Assembly: GCA_002269645.1 (NCBI GenBank)
Contig: NIVC01002165.1
Location: 62,001 to 126,000 of the forward strand
Source: Macrostomum lignano
Lineage: Eukaryota
Direction: 5' to 3'
DNA: 64,000 bases
Positions 10,822-22,660 of the stretch are shown one piece after another. Under the pieces are notes generated by a model. That model was not told the DNA's origin. It saw nothing but the letters and a program-made list of their open reading frames with translations, and ran no database searches. Made by a program: the position numbers and the translations under genes. Positions within the stretch are counted from its first letter, which is position 1, and every line of letters begins with the position of its first letter.

Positions 10822-13800
10822 ATGTTCGGCAGTCTATTTGGCGGTGCCAGCAAGCTGCTGGGCTCCGTTGCCGACACCGTTACCATGGCGGTGACGGGTG
10901 ACACGCAGCAGCAGCCAAGTCAACAGAACCAGCAAGCAGCTGGTCGAGGGACAGCACTGTCGCAGCAGCAGCAGCAGCCTCCGCGTCCGCAGCAGCCCGC
11001 AAACAGCTTCTTTCAGAACCGCGGACCCGGGTCCGGTTTTCAGCAGCAGCAGCAGCCTGCGCCGCCCCAGCAGCAGCAACAACAACAGCCACGACTTCAA
11101 CAGCAGCCACAGCAGCAGCAGCAGCAGCAACAACAGCAGCAAAAGCAAATGCAACACTATCAGAATCAGCCACAACAGCAGTTTCAGCAGCAACAGCAAC
11201 TGTCCCAACAACAGCAGCGACTCCAACAACAACAGACTCAACCGTCGTTACAGCAGAGCACTCAGCAGTTTCAGCAGCAACAGCAACCACAGACACAGCA
11301 GCAAACGACGCAGTCGCAGTCACGTCAGCAGCAACAGGTTAATCACCAACAAATTTCAAAACCGCAGCCGCAGCAGCCGCAACAACCCCAACAACCTCAT
11401 CAGCAGACACTGAATCATCAAGCACAGCCACATTATCAGCAGGTCAATCAGCCATTGTTAGAAAATCAGCACCATCGAAGTTCCCAATATCAACAGCAGC
11501 AAAACTCTCCAAGCCAGCAACAGCAACAGCAGAATCCCACGAATCCTCAAGTAAAATCCCAATATAACCAGCAACAGAACCAGCCTTCGTATCAACAGCA
11601 GCAGCTGCAAAACCAATCACATCAACAGCAGCCACAGCAGTCACAGCAAGCAGCGCAGTACCAACCCCAGCAACTGCAGCAACAATCAATGAAACAACAA
11701 CCAATGCAACAACAACCAATGAAACAACAACCAATGCAGCAACAACCAATACCGCAACAACCAATGCAACAACAACCAATGAAACAACAACCAATGCAGC
11801 AACAACCAATACCGCAACAACCAATGCAGCAACAACCAATACCGCAACAACCAATGCAACAACAACCAATGAAACAACAACCAATGCAGCAACAACCAAT
11901 GCCGCAACAAACAATACCGCAACACCCAATGCCGCAGCAACCAATGCAGCAACAACCAATGCAGCAACAACCAATACCGCAACAACCAATACCGCAACAA
12001 CCAATGCCGCAACAACCAATGCCGCAACAACCAATGCCGCAGCAGTCGCTGCCTTCGCAAGCGCAACAGCAGCAGTATCAGCAGCAGTCGTGGCAGCCGT
12101 CCCAGCTTCAGCAGCAGCAGCCTCTGCAACAGCAGCCACAGTACTATCAACAACAGCAGTATCCACAGCAGTTGCAACAGCCTCCAGCACCACAGCAGCC
12201 TCAACAGCCTCCGCCACAGCAGCATCACGATGGTCTCTTTGGAGGCCTGACTTCAAAGATCGCTGAGCTCACTCGGAAAGCTTCCTCTCACGGCAATAGT
12301 ACTGACCACTCAAGTCAGCCACAGCAACAGCAACAGCAGCTAAATCAACAAAACCAATGGCAACAGCCGCAACCTCCTCAATGGCAGCATTCGTCGATGG
12401 CGAACAATCACGGCTACGCTGGTCAGACAGTCAATCAGTTCAGTTTTACGGCTGGTCAAACTGGACAGCAGCAGAATGCTGCCTGGATGAGTTCCGGCGA
12501 CTTCGCTAGCGGCTCTGTCGGGTGGCAACAAAACATTCAACAGCCCCAGACAGCTACAGGCTACGGCTACGAGTGTGCCCAGGCAGCTGCAGGCTCCGCA
12601 CCGACATCGCTTTGGTTTGGTCAATCGGCCGCGACAAATGCGACTTCAAGTGAATACTGGCAGCAGCAGCAACCGCAGCCGCCACTGCTAAATGCCGACA
12701 GTCAGAGCAGCGAGATAGGCGGGATCTATAGCAGCATTAGTATGACCACCGACCCCTACATCAGGGCCGCCATGCGAGGCGAGATGCTTCCCGACGCGCC
12801 CTGCTTTACTGGCGGCAACCGGACCGGCGGAAACTCTTCGTCTTCCTACTTGGAGAGGCTGCTGGCTGGCCACGACAGCCGGAGTCTGGCTCGCCAGTCC
12901 ACCGACATTCTCGACGATGATGATCCAACGCTGACCGCGGCTGCCCGGCACCGGCGCAGCCGATGGTGGCTCGATTCCACCCGGGATGATCCGGCCACAA
13001 CGTCCGGGCGAGTCCGCGCGGCGAGTCCGGCCGTCATCATTGGCCGACGCGGTGGATCAATTGGCGGCCGCTACGCCGACGAGTTTGGCTTGGAGGATGC
13101 GGACCTTGCCAGACCGGCGTCTGCGTTCCAGCGCTACCGGCCCTGGCGCCAACGTCGGGACTGGGAAGACGATCCTGACGCGGTGAGCAGCCCGGCACCG
13201 GCTGGGCGAAGCCGCGGCTATAGCAGAAGCCACGGCTACGACCAGGGCCACGGCTATGGCTACAGCTTTAGCGAGGCGGAAGGAGAGGCGGAGGCTGACC
13301 CGGATACTGAAGCAGATTATCGACGAAGTCATCAACAGCAGCACAGGCGACGACGTCGGCACGACTCGGCACAGGCAGCGTTTCTAGTCCGCGGTGGCGG
13401 CGGCGGGAGCGGCGGCTATGTCGACGATGACTATTACGGCGCCACGTACTTCGTTGGCGGTCGGCACCGAAGAAGCGCGGGCGCTGCGGTCAGATCTGGG
13501 GGATTGTACGGCGGAGAGCGCCGGCAGCACCGGCAAAGTCGCGGCGTCGTTGGAGGCGCATACGACGACGCTCTGGGCGCTGAGCAAGCGGCGGTAGACG
13601 ATATGAACGACGAGGAAGTCCGCGAGTGTCGGGACTTTATGACTCGATCCGTTGGGAAAATGCTCAACCAGGGGTGAGTGAGGCAGTCGGAGACCTATTC
13701 GTTTTTAACTCTCTTTACGACTGTTCCAGAGCCACTTGATGGCACGCAAAGACATCCTCCTCAGCATATCTTACTTTCCAGATCTGAGGAAAAACTGTCA

Positions 13801-16800
13801 TTCGACGTTGAAATCTTGATGTAGGAAATGATTTGAAAAATTTCTAACCAATCTAAACTCTCGTATTTCAAACCTTCAAACCATGACAATCTTCTATCTA
13901 CATCTATGCACTGATGTCTTATTCCCCAGCATCCGGATTTGCATTCGTATGATTTCAACCCTCATTTTTTATTTTAGAAGCAACATCTCCGCAGAGGACA
14001 AAGCGAAATTCGGCCAGTACTGCCAGGTGAAATTTTCTCTTTGAAGTTCTCTTCGATTCTGTTAATACGAAAAGCTTCCATATTTTATGATGTTTACAGT
14101 CAGTCTCTCTACCAATCTCTACTCTCACCCGCCAATCTCCAATCCCAAACTTCCATTCATCGCTTCGCAGAAGCCAACCGGTCGCATTTGGTTCGCCCGA
14201 TGCGTCGAGGCCCAACGGGGTCGCGCGGAGCGGGTGGAGGAGGACTGCTTCTTCGCTATCGTGCAGGCTCTTGCCATCGCTCTGTACGAGTGCAACGAGG
14301 CAGACGACTGGAGGACCGCCTCCACCCTTATGAACATGTGCTTTACCTACTACTATTCAAGTAGGTTGAAAGCGCTTTTAATGCGCCTGAAGATTTTCAT
14401 TTCTAACTTTTAGAATACTGGCTTTGATATTCTATAAAACTTACCAGTTCAACCGCTCTCTTCCACTCTAGCGACCAACCAGAGCGGCCAGGTCCACAAA
14501 CTCTATCTCTATAATTTTGTTAAGGATCAGCCAATTTGGCAGTCACTGCGATTCTGGAATGCCGCCTTCATCAATTCGATTCACATCGACAAGCAGAGCA
14601 GGTTAGCGTGGGACACAGAATAGCGGGAACGAGGTGCAGGGATTTGAAATGCTAGCCTTAAACTTGCTACGGGACATTAGACAGACAGGATGATAGAGGG
14701 CATGACATTACAGGTTTAAAGGGGGTGAAAGCGTGGATCGATGAGGTAATAATGGGGAGTGAATAGTAGGAATGGAAGTGAATGGCAGGAATGGAAGTGT
14801 GAAGGGCAGGAAGGGAGTGAATGGCAGGAATGGGAGTGAATGGCAATAATGGGAGTGAATGGCAGTAACGGGAGTGAATGGCAGGAACGGGAGTGAATGG
14901 CAGGAACGGGAGTGAATGGCAGGAAGGGAGTGAATGGCAGGAAGGGAGTGAATGGCAGGAAAGGGGAGTGAATGGCAGGAAAGGGGAGTAAATGGTAGGA
15001 AGGGGAGCAAATGACAGGAACAGGAGTGAATGGCAGGAAAGGGGAGTGAATGGTAGGAAGGGAGTGAATGACAGGAACGGGAGTGAATGGCAGGAACGGG
15101 AGAGAATGGCAGGAACGGGAGTGAATGGCAGGAACGGGAGTGAATGGCAGGAACGGGAGTGAATGGCAGGAACGGGAGTGTATGGTAGGAACGGGAGTGA
15201 ATGGCAATAATGGGAGTGAATGGCAGTAACGGGAGTGAATGGCATGAAAGGGAGTGAATGGCAGGAACGGGAGTGAATGGCAAGAACGCGAGAGTGAATG
15301 GCAGGAAGGGGAGTGAATGGCAGGAACGGGGGTGAATGGTAGGAAGGGGAGTGAATGGCAGGAACGGGAGTGAATGGTAGGAAGGGGAGTGAATGGTAGG
15401 AAGGGGAGTGAATGGTAGGAACGGGAGTGAATGGTAGGAACGGGAGTGAATGGTAGGAAGGGGAGTGAATGGTAGGAAGGGGAGTGAATGGTAGGAAGGG
15501 GAGTGAATGGTAGAAAGGGGAGTGAATGGTAGGAAGGGGGGTGAATGGTAGGAAGGGGAGTGAATGGCAGGAACGGGAGTGAATGGTAGGAAGGGGAGTG
15601 AATGGCAGGAAGGGAGTGAATGGTAGGAAGGGAGTGAATGTCAGGAAGGAGCTTAATGAGCCAGATACCTCATCCGCATATCCGCACCCACCAGGGACGG
15701 CTACGAGGTGGTCCGCCGAGACGGTGCGCAGCACACGGGCCACATGACCATGGGCCAGCTCAAGTGAGTGTCCCAGCTCTCATTTCACTCTTGTTGCCAT
15801 CACGTGCCCGGGGTAGGGGCTTTCAGTGAAACTCGGCAAGGATTTGCGGGCATATTTTCTCTTAAGTCTTCAAAAGTGCGACTGGCGGATTTCGGGACTG
15901 AGAATCCTCACCGCCATTAAATTGATTACTCCATCGCCTTCTCCTTATGCACGAACTTATGGCATCCGGATTAGCACTCCCCTTTTCTTTCACTTCATCC
16001 CTTTCTCCCCTTCCCTCCCTCTCTCTCCTTCCCTCCCTCTCTCCCCTTCCCTCCCTCTCTCTCCTTCCCTCCCTCTCTCTCCTTCCCTCCCTCTCTCTCC
16101 TTCCCTCCCTCTCTCCCCTTCCCTCCCTCTCTCTCCTTCCCTCCCTCTCTCCCCTTCCCTCCCTCTCTCTCCTTCCCTCCCTCTCTCCCCTTCCCTCCCT
16201 CTCTCTCCTTCCCTCCCTCTCTCCCCTTCCCTCCCTCTCTCTCCTTCCCTCCCTCTCTCCCCTTCCCTCCCTCTCTCTCCTTCCCTCCCTCTCTCCCCTT
16301 CCCTCCCTCTCTCCCTCCCCTCTCTCTCCCCTTCTCTCCCTCTCTCCTCTTCCCTCCCTCACTCCTCTTCTCTCCCCTTCTCTCCCTCTCTCCCCTTCTC
16401 TCCCTCTCCCCTTCTCTCCCTCTCCCCTTCTCTCTGTAGACTAAGGCAGAGAGGTGCGACTGAGAGTTGACGAAGCCTCTTGGAGTTTATTAGATCGATA
16501 CGCAGATTAAATACAATACAACGATTATTACATAACTGGGTATAAAAGATAGAGACAGGGGTGAGTGGAAAGCACGTACATGCTGTACAAAAGCAACCCC
16601 CAACCCCGCTCTAGCGACTGGCGCATAAAAGTACACTTACAACTCACCACATCTCCCTCTCTCCCCTTCTTTCCATCTTCTCCCCTTCTCACCAACTCTC
16701 CCCTTCTTTCCCTTCTTTCTTACTCCCATCCCTTCGCAATCGCCAATGACGCTGCAAAATCGGCTCTCCCATCGCCTTTACAGCACCTTCATCAGCAACA

Positions 16801-17032
16801 TGAAGTCGTTCGATCTGAGTCGAGAAATGATTAGAGAATTTGTTCGCAAGCAGTGCGAGTTCCTCCATCTGCCTTCAGGTATGTTTGTGTTTTTCAAGCT
16901 TCTGACTCTCAATATTTTTCAACTGCTCTTTAGATACGGAAAACCTCATTCAAAATTTTCGATAAAAAATTGCCTCATTTTGCAGATCAGCGTAAGATGC
17001 TTTTACAGGCAGTCGATAAGAAGCCTCTTTAA
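10822..17032 (+). CDS. KIAA0513: KIAA0513-like (SBF1/SBF2-domain) protein with ~950-aa Gln-rich/disordered N-terminus; exons 10822-13673, 13978-14026, 14171-14360, 14472-14601, 15695-15763 (alternative acceptor 15665), 16784-16878, 16986-17032; ~1143 aa
   Basis: All introns are GT-AG and the phases join into one frame of 3432 nt. The spliced C-terminus reads FMTRSVGKML..ISAEDKAKFGQYCQKPTGRIWFARCVEAQR..FFAIVQALAIALYECNEADDWRTASTLMNMCFTYY..KDQPIWQSLRFWNAAF..MGQLNTFISNMKSFDLSREMIREFVRKQ. From memory this matches the KIAA0513 motifs EEKAKFGEYC, GREWFARYV, QPIWHTLRFWNAAF and FGQLGTFTHNM. Confidence 0.82.
11690..12045 (+). repeat. Coding 15-bp tandem repeat encoding QQPM(Q/K/P) and QQPIP pentapeptides
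   Basis: CAACAACCAATRCMR-type units, about 23 copies, in frame within exon 1. Confidence 0.9.
14752..15652. repeat. Intronic ~19-bp purine-rich minisatellite, GGCAGGAACGGGAGTGAAT and variants
   Basis: Tandem copies fill intron 4 of the KIAA0513-like gene. Confidence 0.95.
16003..16435. repeat. Intronic pure-pyrimidine 18-bp minisatellite, TTCCCTCCCTCTCTCYCC
   Basis: About 430 bp almost free of purines, in intron 5. Confidence 0.95.
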
Positions 17033-17197
17033 GCGAAGCAAAGAAGCAAAGAAATGTCTGCAAAAAATATATTAACAACTAGTTGTATTGCGAATGCCAA
17101 TTTTTATCCTAATGCTATCCCAAAGTACAGGCACCGCTGTTCTGATACAGGCAGTCATATCAATGTGCAAATCATCATTTTGCTGGGCTGCGTTTCT

Positions 17198-17672
17198 CCA
17201 GCCAATCAGAATTCAGGAAACGGGAAGACCAACAACCAGCACCCCAGCAGCCTATTAGAATTTAGACGATGGGAAGGCCAACAACCCCACCAGCACCCCA
17301 GCAGCCAATCAGAATTCAGACGGTAAAAATGCCAACAACCCACCAGCAGCCAATTAGAATTCAGGCAATGAGAAGGCCAACAACCCCGCCAGCAGCCAAT
17401 TAGAATTCAGGCAGTAAGAAGGCCAACAACCCCACCAGCAGCCAATCAGAATTCAGGCAATGAGAAGGCCAACAACCTCACCAGCAGCCAATTAGAATTC
17501 AGGCAATGAATAGGCTAACAACCCCACCAGCAGCCAATTAGAATTCAGACAATGAGAAGACCAACAACCTCACCAGCAGCCAATTAGAATTCAGGCAATG
17601 AATAGGCTAACAACCCCACCAGCAGCCAATTAGATTCAGACAATGAGAAGACCAACAACCCCACCAGCAGCC
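17198..17672. repeat. 46-bp minisatellite (~10 copies), most units carrying AGCCAAT(C/T)AG and GAATTC
   Basis: Unit GGCCAACAACCCCACCAGCAGCCAATTAGAATTCAGGCAATGAGAA, downstream of the KIAA0513-like stop codon. Confidence 0.92.
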
Positions 17673-18460
17673 AATCAAAAGTCCCAGCAATGTACTCAAC
17701 ATAGAATTTTTTTCCGTGTCAGTTACCAAGCGACAGGCAGCAACCACCATGCTACCCGACCAGCAAGCACACTGATAACCAATGTTTATAGTATTTCATA
17801 CGGATGCACCAGTAACAATCCCATCAATTACTCCTTACTGCAAGTTCAAGCCGCTCGTTGGTTAAAAAAACAAAAGTATTTAAGGCATGCAAAATTGAAG
17901 CACATATTTATTATAGTAAATGCTTTTTATCTTGATATTCTTAAATAATAAGAGCAGTTTAAGCCCGTCAATAACACTTGCATAATACAGACATCACTCT
18001 ATTTATTGCTTCCACATTGGCCACGCCTGTTGATAAAGCTGGCCGCAGTTTCATAATAGTACTACATGTAATTTATGGTCATTGCATGACAAATCATACT
18101 CGTAAATCATTGAGAGAGCTTTTCGGCATCAATAACTTCTATCCTAGTTTGCAAAATTTGTTTAAAACTGACTGCTGCCAGTAAGATGTTGTAAAGCCGT
18201 TTTCCTCGCAGCTTATCTCTCTCCACATTTAAACCTTTTTTATCTAGCTACCGCAGTTATTTTTGTTGCTAATTTTTCTACTGTTTAATAAATTTTGCGC
18301 ATGCGCCCGTACCATGCTAATTTAATAGGAATTGAGCGGGCCTTTATAATTAATAATCCAGCTGACTTTTGGATTCCATCTGAGCCTTAGTGACAAAAAG
18401 TGTGCCATGTAAGCGAAACTATACGATTCGTTGCTCTTTAATGAGTGCGAAATTTTCTGT

Positions 18461-18571
18461 AGACAGACAGAAAGACAGACACTAAGACACTAAGACACTA
18501 AGACAGACAGACACTAAGACAGACACTAAGACACTAAGACACTAAGACAGACAGACAGACAGACAGACAGC

Positions 18572-18608
<37 letters not shown>

Positions 18609-18635
18609 CTAAGACAGACACTAAGACAGACACTA

Positions 18636-18672
<37 letters not shown>

Positions 18673-18723
18673 CTAAGACACTAAGACACTAAGACGCTAA
18701 GACACTAAGACAGACAGACACTA

Positions 18724-18808
<85 letters not shown>

Positions 18809-18835
18809 AATAGACAGACAGACAGTCAGTCAGTC
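18461..18835. repeat. Compound microsatellite of (AGAC)n interleaved with ACTAAGAC units
   Basis: Direct reading of the sequence. Confidence 0.92.
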
Positions 18836-18856
18836 ATTTATATTCGGCTTTGTTTC

Positions 18857-21800
18857 TGTCGTGCCGTAGCAATAAAGAGGACTCTTCGGTATAAGAGAGT
18901 GCTTAGTTGAGCAGAAGAAAAGAAATGCGACTTCAAGTGATGGCCAAACCGGCCTTTATACTATTGACAAACCACCAACGGCACGTGCCGCCTATAATAT
19001 AGCTCAGTCAACCATTTCTAACTTTAGCCTAGACAATACGTGCCGCGTGCACGCTACGTACATTGGCAATGTGTAAATATTGCCTACACAACGTAAGTCA
19101 GTGAAAGTCAATGAGCTGAGCCAGGCGGCGCCACATCCCCTCACCACCGAGGAGTGAGCCGCTCGGGAGGAACTCCTTTGTTCCCGCGTTCACTACGCCT
19201 CGGGGCCGCCGGCACCTCGATTGCAGCGTTGGGACTGCCCGGCCTCGGGGTGTCAGGCTCGACCGAGGCCGCCTCAGCCGCTGTCTCTGGTCCGACCGCG
19301 GTCGCTTGCCCCTGCGCGGGCGTGACCATCGTGTCGACCGGCAGCGGCCGAATTTGGTCTCGATGGGCAAGGACCGGCCGACTGTAGTGTTGCTGCCAGT
19401 GTTGCTGCCAGCTTGGACCACAAAGCGCGCGGGCTCGGCCGTTGCACTGGAGCTTGGCTGGTAAACGACCGGGGCGTCAATCTCAAAAGTCATTGTCAGC
19501 GGACTCCTCAGCTGTCGACCCATCAGCGCCAACGGGCTGCCCCGGCCGTCGCTCCTCGCCGTCGACCGGTAATTGAGCAGCAGCTTGGCCAGGTATGCTT
19601 CGAAGGAGCCGCGGTGCGCTGCGAATGCCCGGAGCCCGTGTTTCACCGTCTGGACCATGCACTCAGCACAGCCGTTGGACTGCGGATGGTACGGCGGCGA
19701 GTGCACCAGGTTGCACCCAATGCGCTGCAGCCACTGCTGCAGCTCGCCGTCGCAGAATTCTGGCGCGTTGTCAGATACCATGGTCCGGGGCACGCCTAGC
19801 CTCTAGAAGATCACCCGCAGGACCCACAGCGTCGTTCTGGCCGTCCTGTCGGGCACCAGCACCGCCTCCGGCCACCCTGAGTAGGCGTCCACTGCGATGA
19901 GGAGGGAGCCGGCTCCTTGCACGTGCGCGTGGTCGATGTGCACGCGCTGCCACGCCGTGGTCTCCGCCGGCCAGGTGTGCGTCGTGCGGGCCGGCGGCGT
20001 GCGGATCTCCGCGCACTTCACACACTGCTTGATGTATCGCTCGACGTCGTCGCAGTGGCCCGGCCACCAGGCCTCTCGTTTGAGCCGGTTGCGTATCGCC
20101 AGCGCTCCGCAGTGGGTGTCGCCGTGTTCCGCTTGCAGCAGCTGAGGTCGCAGCACGACTGGCGGCACCACCAGGTCACCCAGGCAGATGACGCCGTTCT
20201 CGACGGGCAGCTGCTGGCGCACGCTCTTAAAGGGACGCTCGGCCGCCGAGCAGTTGCTCCAGACGTTGTCGCGGATCCGGCGTTTGATGCCCAGCAGCAC
20301 TGAGTCGGTCGCCGTTGCCTGCTGGATGTCCTCGAGTTTCAGCACGTCAGTCTCCGTCCAGTGAATGACACTCTCGACCACCTCCGGTTGTTCGGGCTTC
20401 TCCTCCAACTCGAGTCTCGACATCGCGTCGACATGTGGGATGCTTCTTCCGCGGACGTACGCGATATCGTTGTCGAAAGCAGCCAGTTGGATGGCCCACC
20501 GCGTGATTCTCGCAGACGTGACCTTCGGAATCTCCTTGGCTGGGCTGAAAATGAACTCCAGCGGCTGATGGTCGCAGTTCAGGGTGAACTTGGCGCCCAG
20601 CAGAAAGTGTCGTGCTCGCTGAGTCGCCCACACGATGGCGAGGGCCTCTCGCTCGATGTTGGAGTAGTTCTGCTCTGCCGTTGTGAGCCGTCGAGACAGG
20701 TAGATCACCGGGTGCTCGTCTTGAGTCAGGATAGCCGAGATGGCTTTCTCGCTGGCGTCTGTTGTCAGTGTGGTGCTCTTCGAAGCGTCAAAGATGCGCA
20801 CTACTGGATACACTGCCGGAGCCTTCTTGAGGTCGTCGAATGCCATCTGCTGATCCTGGCCCCACTTGAATGGTGTCTGGTTGCTTCTCGGCGCTGTGAG
20901 TGGCTCAACCCGCTCAGCGTAGGCCTGAACGTACCGAGCATAGTAGTTCGTGAGCCCCAGGAAGGATTCGAGCTTCTTGCGGTTCGTCGGTGCACGGGTC
21001 TGCTGAACTTTTTCCACCAGCTTCGAGTCGGGCCGAACACCATCAGCGGAGATCTTGTAACCGAGGAATGAAATTGCGGTGCTCCTGAAGACGCACTTAC
21101 GCTCGTTGATCTGCATTCCGACCGCCTTGAGCTTGCGCAACAGTTTCTCGACCTTTTCGTCCAGCTCGGCCTGGGACCTGGCTCCGACACAGACATCGTC
21201 CTGGTAGATGACCAGGTTCGACACCAGACCACCGATCGTTGCTTCCATGGCCGCCTGGAACTGTGCGCTCGCTGTCTTCACGCCTTAGGGCATCCTTGTC
21301 CAACGTAGCAGTCCAGTCGGGGTGTTGATAGTGAGGATTTCCTTTGAAGCCTCATCCAGCTCGAGCTGATTGTACGCGTCTGCCAGGTCGATGGTGCCGA
21401 AGTATGACATTCCCACAAGCTCGCAGAACGCTGTCTCGATGTTGCGCAGCGGATAGGAATCAGCGCAGATTTTGGGGTTCACCCCGATCTTGTAGTCGGC
21501 GCAGATCCTGATGTCGCGGTTCGGCTTCCTCACGACGACGATCGGAGACGCCCATTGACTGCCTCCTGGCGCGACTGACTCCAGAACACCGCTGTCGATG
21601 AGCTTCCGGAGCTTCGTGATGACCAGTGGCTTCAGGTGAATGGGCACTGGTCTCGCCTCGAAGTAACTCGGCCGGAAATTGTCCCTCAGCAGGATGCGCG
21701 CCTTGAAGTCATTCAGCTTCCCGAGGGGCGTCTCCTGCGCTTGCCCCACGTGGTTGAGGCAGACAGCGTCCAGATCGAACTACAGGAGGTCCGTGCCGAG

Positions 21801-22660
21801 GAGACCGTGGGTCTTGCTGCAGGCCGCGACCGCGACTTCCACGCAGGCAATCTTGTTCTCCAGTTCGACAGCTGCTGTGAAGCTGCCGAGAGTCTTGATG
21901 TTCGAGCCGTCGAACTGGCCTGCGGTGCTACGTGTTGTGCAACCCGCTGACGAGCATCGTCTGCATGAGCTCGTCCTCGGCAGTCTGGTCGCTGTCCTCC
22001 GCATTCAACTTGTCGAACTCGCAGAGGCGGGCGGCATCCCGAAGTCTCTGTGCGAAGGCCTGCACTGACTCGTCAGCTCCTGGCGCCTCGACATGAATTT
22101 CGATCGTTCAGCGATGACGATCTTCTTCTTCAGGAGAGTCTTCTCGATTATCAATTTTCTGATATCTGCAAAGTCCATCTCCTCCAGCTCCTTAGGCTTT
22201 GCCATGACGCTGACGATCCGCATCGCATTCACGCCGGCTTTCGCTAGAAAGACATCAGTGACCTGCCGATTTTCTGCGGTGTCTGTGAGATTCTTGCTGC
22301 GGCTAGGGCCGCTAAGCTTCGTAGCCAAGCTTCCATCATTGCAGGGTCCTTCAGCGGCAGATCGTCTGCTCGCGACGCCATTGTCGTGCCGTAGCAATAA
22401 AGGGGACTCTTCGATATAAGAGAGTGCTTAGTTGAGCACAAGAAAAGAAACCCGACTTCAAGTGATGGCCAAACCGGCCTTTATATTATTGAGAAACCAC
22501 CAACGGCACGTGCCCCTATAATATAGCGCAGTCAACCATTTCTTAACTTTAGCCTAGACACAACGTGCCGCGTGCACGCTACGTACATTGGCAATGAGTA
22601 AATATTGCCTACACAACGTAAGTCAGTGAAAGTCAATGAGCTGAGCCAGGCGGCGCCACA
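18857..22660 (-). mobile_element. Ty3/Gypsy (Mag-like) LTR retrotransposon, internally deleted and defective
   Basis: 279-bp LTRs at 18857-19135 and 22382-22660 (TG...CA), about 95% identical. 5-bp TSD GTTTC at 18852-56 and 22661-65. PPT next to the left LTR and PBS TGGCGTCGCGAGCAG next to the right LTR. Contains gag and protease fragments, RT (YQDD), RNase H and integrase. Confidence 0.95.
19136..22381 (-). pseudogene. gag-pol of the Gypsy element, with nonsense codons and a deletion
   Basis: In-frame stops at RMP*GVKTAS (21282-84) and RVIF*RLG (~19803). Gag is truncated before its zinc knuckles and the protease DTG motif is missing. RT, RNase H and integrase motifs are visible in ORFs 21285-21749, 19803-21281 and 19098-19793. 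Confidence 0.88.

Noticed and set aside
10834-13667. Antisense Leu/Val/Ala-rich ORFs
   Set aside because: They are shadows of the CAG/CAA-rich coding strand. The same applies to 60060-61079 opposite SoxB1.
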